NCBI GenBank assembly: GCA_040399625.1
Contig: JBBARV010000001.1
Span: 335,486-399,485 of the forward strand
DNA from: Candidatus Nanopelagicales bacterium
GTDB lineage: Bacteria > Actinomycetota > Actinomycetes > S36-B12
Direction: 5' to 3'
Length of the DNA: 64,000 bases
Shown here: piece after piece, positions 19,745 through 29,320 of the stretch
Position numbering within the stretch: the stretch's first letter is position 1
How the letters are laid out: each line of letters starts with the position of its first letter
Position numbers and translations under genes: made by a program
Notes under the pieces: generated by a model
What the model was told of the DNA's origin: nothing
Databases searched by the model: none
What the model saw: the letters and a program-made list of their open reading frames with translations, nothing else

Positions 19745-21831
19745 GCTGCTTCAAGCGAGGTTTCGAGTCGCACGAGTGGTCGCCCATCGGCGCTTCTTGT
19801 TGAGTTCACTTCACGCCAGCCTCGGTGCGCGTAGAAGGTCCTAGCGACTTCGTTCGTCTCCTCAGTGACGAGGGTGCAGCGACCTGAACCCCCACTTCGA
19901 GCAAAGAACTCGAAGGCTGCGAGCAGTGCGCTTCCTATTCCTCGTTCTCGATGTTTGGGGTTGACCGCAATAAACGTTAATTCCGAATCGCGGTTGAGCG
20001 ATCCACCGCGGAGCTTGCGACGAATGAGCCGTGCGTAGTGAAGCGTTGCTCTCTTCCACAGATGTGGTCGCGTGGCAAGTGCTGACAATCCGGTGAAGGT
20101 AGAAAAAATGAGGTCAAGGGATCGGCAGCGGTAGGAACCGTGATTGCCGACAGCAAAGCCAGTAATTGATCCGTTGATCGTTGCCACGGTGGCAAATGAA
20201 CCATGGGCATTCATCCATTGCCGGTAAATCGCAGCCATAAATCCCTCACCCATTCGGGCATAGAGGCTCAAGGGGAAGTCACTGAGGTGAAGTCTCGCCA
20301 TGGCATGCATGTCGGGTCGTCGAGCTGCGCGAATTGACACCTCTGCACTCGACCAAGTAGCCACAGGGTAGAAGTCTTTCTGCACCTGCACGGGCAAAAT
20401 ATTTGCTATTGAAATCAGGTAGGTACCATCTGGATCTTCGACAACCTGATCCCTGACGTATTGCAAGCGGAGCGCTTTGTTCGCTCGTGCGTGAAGCTGT
20501 GCGGCATCTACCGATCCGTGCACCATCACGACTCGGCAAGTTGGGAGTGCTAGAGATGTGAGATAGCCCAAAGTTGATCGCACTGCAGGCTCAGGACCAA
20601 GGTAATAGAGGATCTCGGAGAGCACAATGCAGTCGACGCCGCCGCCCTCCTCGAGCACGTACGAATTGACTGCAGTTGTATCTATGACTCTTATGTTTGG
20701 TAGGTGGCTCGTAAGCGCTTGGGCAGATTCCATTGCCTTTGGAGAGACGTCGGTGCCAATCACCATAGCGGTTGGGAAGCGCTCGGCAAGGGCCAATAAA
20801 TTGTGCCCGTTGGCGCAGCCGACTTCGAGAATGCAGGTTGGTTGAGAACCGACGGCGGTAAGCAGGCTCTCTCTTTTTCGTGACTCATAAGCATTGGAGA
20901 AATAAGCCCATGGATCTCCGGAGCGGGTGAACATCGCATCAAATGCTGTTGCACGTGTTCGGTGCTTCAGTCGGCCGGGTAGCCCACTTAGCAGCCCAAA
21001 AGCAACTCGGTGGAGTATCCGGTTGCGGTCCCGTTCATGGCTGCGTCTCAAGGAAGTGGGTGCTGTAGCCCGGGCAACAATGACTCCGATTGCAACGACG
21101 ATAAGTGAGCCGAGACGCCAGATCAGCACCGCGGCCAAAGCAACATGCAATGGAACACCGATCCACGTCAAGGGGACAACGAACACGATGTCGGCGGTGA
21201 TTAGTCCGCGAGGGAGTGGCCCCAATCGGATGGCGAGCGTGGTGCAGCAGGCGATTGCTGCAGCCTCAATGAAACTGAGTGCGTTGAGACCTCCCGTGTG
21301 CGCGACGACTGCCAGCGAGACGATGAGTGCGATGACCAAACTCGCTTCAACCATGAGGACCGAAGCGAATATCCGAATGTCAAAGCCTGTGAACGCACTG
21401 TCCCTTGATGAGGCTTTCAATGCGCGTGCGGCGAGTACTGCACCGAGGCTCAAGACAACAAGGACGGAGAGCATGGCAGGGCCCTTATCGGGTGCGTGGC
21501 CGCTGAGTGCAACCGCGATGGCACCAAGTGAGCTGATGGCAAGGACGACCAAGAGAGGGCCGGGTGAGCTGGGCCCATCTTGGCGATGACGGTCTTTGCT
21601 AGATAACGGATGCGTTGAAGCGGCTTTGACCTCCACTTTGACGGATCGTGCTTCGTCCAGTGCCGCGCGAAGAAGGGTGCCTGAGAATGTTGTTGAGGGG
21701 GCCGTAGTTCCCGCGCGAACGGTGGCGGCCGCCATTTGCAATCCAACGATGAGTAATAGCGCCGCGGCTAGCATCCAACTTGTCTGTGCTACGACATCCA
21801 AAGCGTTGCTGATGTGTATGTATGTGTTCAC
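19741..21831 (-). CDS. Three-domain fusion of UPF0104/flippase-like membrane domain, NodS-like SAM methyltransferase and GNAT acetyltransferase
   Basis: Residues about 1-290 are polytopic, ending with a UPF0104-like segment (LGPLPRGLITADIVF...AAVLIWRLG). The middle has DPWAYFSNAYESRKRE plus ILEVGCANGHN (SAM motif I). The C-terminus has FIAVNPKHRERGIGSALL and FYAHRGW (GNAT motif A). GTG start. Confidence 0.7.
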   Translation of the reverse strand: MNTYIHISNALDVVAQTSWMLAAALLLIVGLQMAAATVRAGTTAPSTTFSGTLLRAALDEARSVKVEVKAASTHPLSSKDRHRQDGPSSPGPLLVVLAISSLGAIAVALSGHAPDKGPAMLSVLVVLSLGAVLAARALKASSRDSAFTGFDIRIFASVLMVEASLVIALIVSLAVVAHTGGLNALSFIEAAAIACCTTLAIRLGPLPRGLITADIVFVVPLTWIGVPLHVALAAVLIWRLGSLIVVAIGVIVARATAPTSLRRSHERDRNRILHRVAFGLLSGLPGRLKHRTRATAFDAMFTRSGDPWAYFSNAYESRKRESLLTAVGSQPTCILEVGCANGHNLLALAERFPTAMVIGTDVSPKAMESAQALTSHLPNIRVIDTTAVNSYVLEEGGGVDCIVLSEILYYLGPEPAVRSTLGYLTSLALPTCRVVMVHGSVDAAQLHARANKALRLQYVRDQVVEDPDGTYLISIANILPVQVQKDFYPVATWSSAEVSIRAARRPDMHAMARLHLSDFPLSLYARMGEGFMAAIYRQWMNAHGSFATVATINGSITGFAVGNHGSYRCRSLDLIFSTFTGLSALATRPHLWKRATLHYARLIRRKLRGGSLNRDSELTFIAVNPKHRERGIGSALLAAFEFFARSGGSGRCTLVTEETNEVARTFYAHRGWREVNSTRSADGRPLVRLETSLEAA

Positions 21832-22146
21832 CGGCCTCCTGCCTATTAATTTAATATCTTAATCCACCGTGCGACTTCACTAGATGGCGCTCGAAGAGTA
21901 GGAGTAATGATCTGGCGTGTGGTGAATAGTCCAAATTAGGGGGAGGCAATCTTTTGAACTGACCCACCAACAAAATCTAGGCCATTTCAAAACATTGGTG
22001 TGATCGGACTTGGATGCCAATAGCCAGAACTGTCAAATTTCGTCCACAACAATATTTTTGAAACAAGCGCACAATGTGCCCTCCTCATCCCTGGGTCTAG
22101 CGTAAACTGCAAAAAAGGGAGAACGACAACGCTAAGGAGCCCCATA

Positions 22147-22653
22147 ATGCGGAGAAAAATCATCACGATCGGACTTATTGGTTTAGGCGCATCACTCGTG
22201 CTTGCGGGCTGCTCCAGCACTGCTGAATCAGAAATTACGCCCACGGTTATTCCCTCACCCACGGAGAGTGTTGTGGTTGTGGCCGTGTTGGCACAGGATG
22301 CGTGTGATGACTACTTCGCTCTTGACTTAATCCGCTCGCAAATAAATGGTGACACAACGGAGCTGACCAAGAAGCAAAAGAAAGCACTTCTCGGTGAACT
22401 TCAGTCCGACATTGATCTCATGGTGGTATCCATCGACTCCGCCGTTATCGGTGGCGAACTTCCCGCCAAGGCCCTATCTAATGCGGAACGAATCCAAAAT
22501 AACGTTAACAAGGCCGATCCTAAATTGGGCACCGATGGAATTAATGCCAAGTCTTTGAAGCGAATCAATCTGTCCGCTGAGCGAATTGAGCGCTACTGCG
22601 TGGCTGCGGGTAATGATTTGCCGATTGACAACATCAATGCTCGGAGTTTGTAA
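22147..22653 (+). CDS. Hypothetical lipoprotein
   Basis: Signal peptide with lipobox LAGC. No family recognised. Confidence 0.6.
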   Translation: MRRKIITIGLIGLGASLVLAGCSSTAESEITPTVIPSPTESVVVVAVLAQDACDDYFALDLIRSQINGDTTELTKKQKKALLGELQSDIDLMVVSIDSAVIGGELPAKALSNAERIQNNVNKADPKLGTDGINAKSLKRINLSAERIERYCVAAGNDLPIDNINARSL

Positions 22654-22670
22654 GGCAGGCTCTTGCGTAA

Positions 22671-23807
22671 CTAGGCACTCGCGCTGGGCACGAAGGGCTG
22701 TGTTGGCGGGAATGGTAGATCCGGGTCTCGACCGGTAACGTATTTTGCGACGCGATAAACCGCGCCGGCAATAGGAACAGCAATGAGTGCGCCAACTATT
22801 CCCAAAGCGATACTCCCAGCGGCAATGGCCAAGATAATTGCGAGCGGGTGAAGATTTACTGCTTTACCCATCACGATCGGTTGCAAGACGTCTCCGTCAA
22901 ATGAACCAACAATCACGGTGAGCACGATGACCAATAGCGCAATGACCGGACCGCGTTCGGCAAGGGCAACAACGGCTGCGAAGAAAGTGGCAACGGGAGC
23001 ACCAATGACCGGGATAAAGGCGCCCAAGAACACAACTGCTGAGAGCGCTGGTGCCAAAGGAACCTGCAAAATTGTGAGGCCAATGAACACTAGCGTGGCA
23101 TCGGCGAAGGCGATTATTACGATTCCGCGGGTGTAACCCGAGATTGCTTCCCAAGCAAGACCGCCAGAAACATTAACCGGTTCCTCAATGCTTTTTGGAA
23201 GCCAGCTAACGAACCAATCCCAGATTTTATTGGGGGTCAGCATGAAGAAGATCACGCCAAAGATAAAAACGGAACCTGCGATCACAAGCGTGCCCACGGA
23301 GCCTAAAGATGCAAGCAGGCTTTCGCCCACACCCCTGGCGGCCGTTTCGCCGTATGACTGCGCCTCCGCTATGAGGGAGGCCAAACGATCATCGGTGAGT
23401 TTGAGGGGTCCTTCCTGCAGCCATTTCTGAATTTCATTAATCCCAGAGGTAATACTGGTCAGGAGTTTGGGTCCCTCAGCAATCGACGACGTGATGACGA
23501 CGTAGAAAATAATCAGGATGGCGCTACTGATTAACACCAAGGCCAGGATCATCGAGATTACTTTGGGTAGCACCTTGTTGATCAGGTTCATGACGGGAGT
23601 TGCCCAGGCGGTGACCAGCATTGCGAAAAACAGTGCGAAAACGACCGGGAAAATCCTGCCCATGCCCAACACGAGGACGCCAACACCGGCTAGTAGAACC
23701 AACAACCTCCACGTAATCCCCGATAACGTGCGCAGGGTTTGGGGGACACCATCTATTGGAGTACTCACTGGGATCCTCACTTCAAATGAGACCTGAATTC
23801 TATTCAA
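22671..23807 (-). CDS. AI-2E family (PerM/UPF0118) transporter
   Basis: Eight-TM pattern with the typical GFIPVIGAP-like segment (LGAFIPVIGAPVATFFAAVVAL). Confidence 0.82.
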   Translation of the reverse strand: MNRIQVSFEVRIPVSTPIDGVPQTLRTLSGITWRLLVLLAGVGVLVLGMGRIFPVVFALFFAMLVTAWATPVMNLINKVLPKVISMILALVLISSAILIIFYVVITSSIAEGPKLLTSITSGINEIQKWLQEGPLKLTDDRLASLIAEAQSYGETAARGVGESLLASLGSVGTLVIAGSVFIFGVIFFMLTPNKIWDWFVSWLPKSIEEPVNVSGGLAWEAISGYTRGIVIIAFADATLVFIGLTILQVPLAPALSAVVFLGAFIPVIGAPVATFFAAVVALAERGPVIALLVIVLTVIVGSFDGDVLQPIVMGKAVNLHPLAIILAIAAGSIALGIVGALIAVPIAGAVYRVAKYVTGRDPDLPFPPTQPFVPSASA

Positions 23808-23822
23808 GCCTTCGTTTGAACT

Positions 23823-24464
23823 CTAATCTATTCGGACGTGTCCGTGTGGGGTTTCAAAAGTAACCGCGGTGACACCAAAATCATCAGCGTCGGGGTCATT
23901 CTTCCATTGGATTAAATCCGTTACGGGCTCGAGGGATTTCGCCATCGGGCCCAAATCTTGGTTCGGGCTATTGATCTCGATGCTGAGAATCTTGATACCG
24001 GTTCGCTCGCCACCAAATGCCGGGTGGTGCTCCTTGGGGCTTTCCCACTCAATAAAAAACGGTGACTGTGGGTGCTCCATGGAGTCCAGGACGCCTAATT
24101 GGCGCCAATGTAGGTCAACACCGTCGGGGCGTATTCGGTGTCCAACAGCTGCGCTGCGGCCGAGAGCAGTTTCGACGTTGGCAAGGTCATCGGTTGCAAC
24201 AACCCAACTCATCCAGCCACCACCAGAATTTGCACGTTGAGCGACCGCTCGACCGAAGGGGGCCTTATCTGCTGATGGGTGATCCAGTGCGCTAACAATT
24301 TCAATGTAAACGCCATGAGCGAGTGGAAGGGTGAAGTTCCTTGTACCAAATGAGGGGTGACGACCACCATCGACGAAGGTGTTCCCAAGATCAATGCCAA
24401 TGCGTTGAACGACGTCAGCAAGCTCGCTGCTACTACAGGCGTAGGAAATATGGTCAAGACGCAT
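23823..24464 (-). CDS. VOC (glyoxalase-like) family protein
   Basis: MRLDHISYA start and a glyoxalase-like fold pattern with FFIEWE. ATG 24464 preferred over the ORF-track 24497. Confidence 0.65.
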   Translation of the reverse strand: MRLDHISYACSSSELADVVQRIGIDLGNTFVDGGRHPSFGTRNFTLPLAHGVYIEIVSALDHPSADKAPFGRAVAQRANSGGGWMSWVVATDDLANVETALGRSAAVGHRIRPDGVDLHWRQLGVLDSMEHPQSPFFIEWESPKEHHPAFGGERTGIKILSIEINSPNQDLGPMAKSLEPVTDLIQWKNDPDADDFGVTAVTFETPHGHVRID

Positions 24465-24571
24465 GACGATATCTTGCCTAACCCCACGCGCGGCCATGAA
24501 TGCACCCCCTGTTCGGGCCGAGCGGTTGTTGCATCAGATGTCGCGAGCGCCATTTCGGGCATATTTAGCAA

Positions 24572-25672
24572 TTGGTATGGCAGAGTACAACCATGGATTC
24601 AGATCAAGTAGTCCCTGCACCCAAGGCAAGCCCGGGCGGACTGGATAAAAAGAAATCGATAATTCTCGGCCTTGTCGGTCTGGCTTTCATCGTCCTGATT
24701 TTTTGGAAAGTAATCCCGCAGATTGGTAGTTATTCCGACGCGCTCACTGCGCTCGAGGCCATGAGTGCGGCGGCTATTTTCTTAATAGTTTTATGTGTAT
24801 TGGTGTATTTGCTGACATATGGTTTGCCATTTCTTGCGGCAACGCCGGGCTTGAAGTACTGGCGGTCCCAGCAAGTTAACCAGGCTGCGTTTGCGATAAG
24901 TAATGGAGTTCCTGGCGGCGGTGCTGTTGGTCTGGCCGTGCAATTCGGGATGTTAAGCACATTCGGAATTGCAGGTACAAGTGCTACCGCTGCCATAACC
25001 GCGGTTGGCTTGTGGAGCACCTTTGTCACCCTCTTCTTTCCCGTGTTGGGCGTCATCGCGATCACCCTTTTTGGTCTCGGTGGCAATTCACATGCCGTCA
25101 CGGGGATTCTGGGGATCGCTATTTTGGCGGTAGTTGTGATTGTTTTCGTGCTGGTTATGCGCTCTGAGCCGTTAGCAGTCAAAATCGGAGCGTTCGCCAA
25201 TAAGGTCGTGAACCCTTTGCGAAAGCGGATAAAGGCACTTGCAACAGTTGACTTGCAGGCACCCATCGTCAAATTTCGCTCAGACATGTATGAGGTCCTC
25301 AAACGTCGCTGGGGGGCCCTTACGGCTGCGCAAATCGCAGTTTCTTTCACACAATTCTTGATTCTCTATGTTGCTTTACGCGGAGTAGAAGGGTGGGACA
25401 GCGCGGGGACGTCTTTCGCCGCGGCTTTTGCGGCGTTTGCGATCGCCCAAATTGGGCTCATGATTCCGATCACTCCTGGTGGATTGGGGACGGTAGATGC
25501 CGCCTTAATCGCACTCCTGGTGAGCTTCGGGGCTACAACGGGCGCCGCCACCGCCGCAGATCTTGTGTGGCGGGCCGCAAGTTTTATCCCGCAAATAATT
25601 ATTGGCGTTGTGGCACTGATCGCGTGGTACCGAAAAGCTGGTCAAGCCCTGGCCAAGGTAGCCGAGAAATAA
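24572..25672 (+). CDS. UPF0104 / lysyl-PG-synthase-TM (flippase-like) membrane protein
   Basis: Polytopic. C-terminal ITPGGLGTVDAALIALLVSFG...DLVWRAASFIP matches the family signature. Alternative ATG at 24593. Confidence 0.75.
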   Translation: MVWQSTTMDSDQVVPAPKASPGGLDKKKSIILGLVGLAFIVLIFWKVIPQIGSYSDALTALEAMSAAAIFLIVLCVLVYLLTYGLPFLAATPGLKYWRSQQVNQAAFAISNGVPGGGAVGLAVQFGMLSTFGIAGTSATAAITAVGLWSTFVTLFFPVLGVIAITLFGLGGNSHAVTGILGIAILAVVVIVFVLVMRSEPLAVKIGAFANKVVNPLRKRIKALATVDLQAPIVKFRSDMYEVLKRRWGALTAAQIAVSFTQFLILYVALRGVEGWDSAGTSFAAAFAAFAIAQIGLMIPITPGGLGTVDAALIALLVSFGATTGAATAADLVWRAASFIPQIIIGVVALIAWYRKAGQALAKVAEK

Positions 25673-25783
25673 TTCTTCTCACCCCAAAAGTAGTGTCCCG
25701 TTGAGATATTCACGAACCACCCGCTAGGGTTTTCCCAACCTGGTCGTCGCGGGAGGGGAAGCCTTCGGCGGCCGGGCCTTTTC

Positions 25784-26623
25784 ATGCACAGCATCGGGGA
25801 TATTTGTGAACGGGGATTCATCGTCGTGATTCAAACGCAGGCAAAGAATTGGAAATCTTTCGTAGCAATTGGCGACTCTTTCACCGAGGGCGTCGGTGAT
25901 CTGGGTGTCAATGATCTGTATCTCGGCTGGGCTGACCGCTTGGCGGGAAAATTAGCCGACGAGTACTGCACACACAATGAACCACTGCAATATGCAAATC
26001 TTGGAATTCGCGGTCGTTTGCTGGCGCAAATGGTGGATGAACAACTTCCGCGCGCACGCGAATTGAATCCCGACTTGGTCTCCTTCGCCGGTGGAATCAA
26101 TGACGCCATGCGGGGCTCATTTGATTTGGATGCAAAGGCGACGGAAATTGAACGCGCCGTTCGAGAGTTGCGATCAAGTGGTCAGGACGTACTGCTTTTC
26201 GCCTTCGGTGATTCATCACGTAATTCCAAGGTCATGGGTTTGATCCGAGATCGATTTGTGGGTTTGCGTTCAGCCACTTTGGCAATTGCAGAGGCTTATG
26301 ACTGCTATCTCGTGGATTTCTGGGATATGGAAATTTTTAATGATCCAAAAGTGTGGGATGCCGATCGGCTTCATTTAAACCCGCGAGGCCATGCCTTGGT
26401 GGCGGAGGCGGCGATGCAGGCTTTAGGTTGGGCTGATTCGCAGTGGCTCAATGCTGGTGGCGAGGTTGTTCAGCCGGCTCTTAACGCTAGGATCCTTGGT
26501 CACGCATCTTGGGCGAAGAATCATGGTTGGCCATGGGTCAGCAGACGCTTACGTGGGGCCTCATCCGGTGATGGCATCTCGGCTAAATATTGGGATTACA
26601 TCGACATTTATCCTCGGGTTTAG
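25784..26623 (+). CDS. SGNH/GDSL hydrolase
   Basis: Block [12 protein letters not shown], block III GINDA, block V DRLHLN. The start may be further downstream. Confidence 0.8.
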   Translation: MHSIGDICERGFIVVIQTQAKNWKSFVAIGDSFTEGVGDLGVNDLYLGWADRLAGKLADEYCTHNEPLQYANLGIRGRLLAQMVDEQLPRARELNPDLVSFAGGINDAMRGSFDLDAKATEIERAVRELRSSGQDVLLFAFGDSSRNSKVMGLIRDRFVGLRSATLAIAEAYDCYLVDFWDMEIFNDPKVWDADRLHLNPRGHALVAEAAMQALGWADSQWLNAGGEVVQPALNARILGHASWAKNHGWPWVSRRLRGASSGDGISAKYWDYIDIYPRV

Positions 26624-26729
26624 ATTGTTGCGGTCCGCGACTATGCACCATCATTGACAGGGCCGTCGGTTCATCCACATCACAGTATTTTATTTTTGCC
26701 GCGGGGCAGCCGGGTGACAAGTTTGTTTT

Positions 26730-27719
26730 ATGAATTTAATGACTGAAACACATGACTCAATGATGCGTGCGGCTGGGGAAACCCTGAGGGAGTTAACCAA
26801 ATCATTTGGATTTTATCCGGAGAATAGTTTGATCATCCGATGGTTGAAACACAATGAAGTTGTTCTTGTTCAGAGGTGTGACATAGCCGCATTTTTGAGT
26901 CCTCAAGGTTTAGCTCCGGCTGATTTGGAAATTTTCATTGAACCGGGTCAAGCGTACGGTGCTGAAGAGGCTGCCCTTGTGGTGTGCCTTGAGCACTTGA
27001 ATATAAGAGTTCATGCAGCCATCGAAATCATTGAATTAGAACTGGTTAACGCCAATATCACCATGGGGGATGTATTCATCGCCGTAGGTCAACGCATGTA
27101 TTCCCGTGATTGCCTGGGTAATTGTGATTCACATGTCATCCCGATAGACACCGGGATTAAGCGGGTGGATCGCGCTTTTGATTGTGCCATAAATCCCGCT
27201 CAACTGATACAGGCCACGGATTTCCCCGAACTTCCCGAGCCAAATGAACTAAGCGTCTGGCGAGAAATCGAAAGTCAATTTGCGCAGGATCTAATGAAAG
27301 TGGCTGATGATTCTTTTCAGGTATCCGAACTTGCTCGGTTAGCAGTTGCCTTGGGAGATATTCGAGTTCGGGACTCAATTCTGTGGGACATGGCAAATGG
27401 CAACTATGACCGAAGTGCTGTGGCGAAAAAATTGACGCACGGTTTACCCCAACTTGAGGCTACTCATGGTGGGCCAATGGCCACCGCGGCTGCAATTTGT
27501 TGGTGGCTCACTGGCAATGGAGCCATGGCTAATCTGTGCCTAGATCGAGCATTTCAGGACGCTCCGGAATACTCCCTGGCCGCTATGGTCCGCGCTGCAC
27601 TAAATCACGCGCTGCCGCCGGAGTTCTGGCTGGAAAGCATTAATGAGCTCACGCGCCAGCAATGTTTGGCCGGACTTGGTGTAGACGAGGGAACCACGTG
27701 TGGATATGATTCCGTCTAG
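26730..27719 (+). CDS. Conserved actinobacterial protein, DUF4192-like
   Basis: The N-terminal FGFYPENSLII pattern and overall length resemble DUF4192. Family assignment is from memory only. Confidence 0.5.
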   Translation: MNLMTETHDSMMRAAGETLRELTKSFGFYPENSLIIRWLKHNEVVLVQRCDIAAFLSPQGLAPADLEIFIEPGQAYGAEEAALVVCLEHLNIRVHAAIEIIELELVNANITMGDVFIAVGQRMYSRDCLGNCDSHVIPIDTGIKRVDRAFDCAINPAQLIQATDFPELPEPNELSVWREIESQFAQDLMKVADDSFQVSELARLAVALGDIRVRDSILWDMANGNYDRSAVAKKLTHGLPQLEATHGGPMATAAAICWWLTGNGAMANLCLDRAFQDAPEYSLAAMVRAALNHALPPEFWLESINELTRQQCLAGLGVDEGTTCGYDSV

Positions 27720-27826
27720 GTCAAGAGTCCAGCGTTAAGCCCCGGCTAGCTAGACGGCAACCCTCCAACCGCGGTGGGGTGCTCCCGGTGGAGACCTGGC
27801 CACATTCATTGTGGCAAGCGCGGGTC
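27719..27826 (+). promoter_or_regulatory. SAM-IV riboswitch aptamer
   Basis: GGTCAAGAG..CAGCGTTAAGCCCCGGCT.GCT...CGGCAACCCTCCAACCGCGGTGGGGTGC.CCCGGTG.AGACC.GG....GGCAAGCGCGGGTC follows the SAM-IV consensus almost base for base. It lies upstream of metY-metX, the usual context. Confidence 0.85.
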
Positions 27827-27863
27827 ATGCATAAGGCAGGGCCCCAGACTGATTGAGGTTGCT

Positions 27864-27896
27864 ATGCATTGTTGTTGTACCCGCACCTCCAGCTGA
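27864..27896 (+). CDS. Candidate leader peptide MHCCCTRTSS (poly-Cys upstream ORF)
   Basis: ATG is preceded by GAGG with a 5-nt spacer. Three consecutive TGT codons, stop TGA. It sits in the metY 5' leader downstream of the riboswitch. Confidence 0.35.
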   Translation: MHCCCTRTSS

Positions 27897-28006
27897 GTTA
27901 GAGCACTCGTGCTTTGCGCAGACCCAGCCGGAAAAGGTGCTTACATGCGCTTAAACACTCATACAATTTTTGACTCATCAATTTCACTCATCAAAAGGAG
28001 TAAGAC

Positions 28007-29320
28007 ATGACCGATCAATGGACATTTGAAACGAAGCAAATTCACGCCGGGCAAAACCCAGACGAGGCCACAGGCGCTCGCGCACTCCCGATCTACCAAA
28101 CAACGTCATACGTTTTTAAAGATACCGAACATGCGGCAAACCTTTTTGCATTGAAGGAATTGGGAAATATTTACACGCGGATAATGAACCCAACCCAGGC
28201 AGCCGTTGAAGATCGCATTGCAGCACTTGAAGGTGGTGTCGCCGCACTGCTCGTTGCTAGTGGGCAAGCAGCCGAAACACTCGCGATACTCAACATTGCT
28301 GAAGTCGGCGACCATATTGTCTCGAGTGCGAGCCTGTACGGCGGAACGTACAACCTCTTTCACTACACATTGCCGAAACTCGGAATCGAAGTTTCCTTTG
28401 TCGAAGATGCAGATGATTTGGAATCTTGGAAGGCGGCGATTCGCCCCAACACGAAGGCTTTCTACGGCGAGACCTTGTCCAACCCCCGGAATGACGTGTT
28501 GGATATCGCTGGTGTGGCAGCAGTGGCTCACGAGTTTGGCGTGCCTCTGATTGTTGACAACACCGTCGCAACTCCGTACCTGATCCGACCATTTGAATTT
28601 GGAGCCGACATTGTCGTCCATTCAGCGACAAAGTATTTGGGTGGACATGGAACTGCTGTTGCAGGTGCGATCGTCGACGCTGGAACATTTGACTACGCGT
28701 TGTACCCTGATCGTTTCCCCAATTACAACCAACCTGATCCGAGTTACCATGGACTCGTGTACGCCCGTGACCTCGGTGTCGGTGGTGCATTCGGAGTGAA
28801 CCTGTCATTTATCCTGAAAGCCCGGGTCCAGATGCTGCGTGATATTGGAGCTGCAGTTTCACCGTTCAATGCTTTCCTAATTGCCCAGGGAATCGAAACT
28901 CTTTCGCTTCGGGTGCAGCGCCACACTGAGAATGCACTCGCTGTCGCGCAGTGGCTGGATAAGCGTCCTGAAGTCGTTTCAGTTAATTATGCAGGCCTTC
29001 CTTCAAGTCCTTGGTATGCAAATGGACAAAAGTACGCCCCCAAGGGAACAGGCGGCGTGCTCAGTTTTGAGATTGTTGGGGGGGTTGAAGCAGGGAAGAA
29101 GTTTGTTGAAGGCCTCGTTCTGCACAGCCATGTCGCCAATATCGGTGACGTACGAAGTCTGGTTATCCACCCTGCATCCACGACCCACTCGCAGTTGACC
29201 CCGCAGGAACAACTGGCCGGCGGAGTTACACCAGGACTCGTTCGCCTTGCCGTTGGTCTTGAAGGTCTTTCCGACATTCTGGCCGACCTTGAAGTCGGAT
29301 TTGCAGCGGCCAAAAAATAA
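28007..29320 (+). CDS. metY: O-acetylhomoserine sulfhydrylase (aminocarboxypropyltransferase)
   Basis: PLP enzyme of the Cys/Met family with HSATKYLGGHG (PLP lysine). AAGGAG sits 6 nt upstream of the ATG. Confidence 0.93.
   Translation: MTDQWTFETKQIHAGQNPDEATGARALPIYQTTSYVFKDTEHAANLFALKELGNIYTRIMNPTQAAVEDRIAALEGGVAALLVASGQAAETLAILNIAEVGDHIVSSASLYGGTYNLFHYTLPKLGIEVSFVEDADDLESWKAAIRPNTKAFYGETLSNPRNDVLDIAGVAAVAHEFGVPLIVDNTVATPYLIRPFEFGADIVVHSATKYLGGHGTAVAGAIVDAGTFDYALYPDRFPNYNQPDPSYHGLVYARDLGVGGAFGVNLSFILKARVQMLRDIGAAVSPFNAFLIAQGIETLSLRVQRHTENALAVAQWLDKRPEVVSVNYAGLPSSPWYANGQKYAPKGTGGVLSFEIVGGVEAGKKFVEGLVLHSHVANIGDVRSLVIHPASTTHSQLTPQEQLAGGVTPGLVRLAVGLEGLSDILADLEVGFAAAKK

Noticed and set aside
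20927-21589. 220-aa plus-strand ORF antisense to the three-domain fusion gene. Similar long antisense ORFs occur at 6518-7099, 24730-25350, 28290-28808 and 62280-62912.
   Set aside because: All lie fully inside, and opposite to, genes with strong family motifs. They are Ser/Arg/Ala/Thr-rich, as expected for mirror frames.
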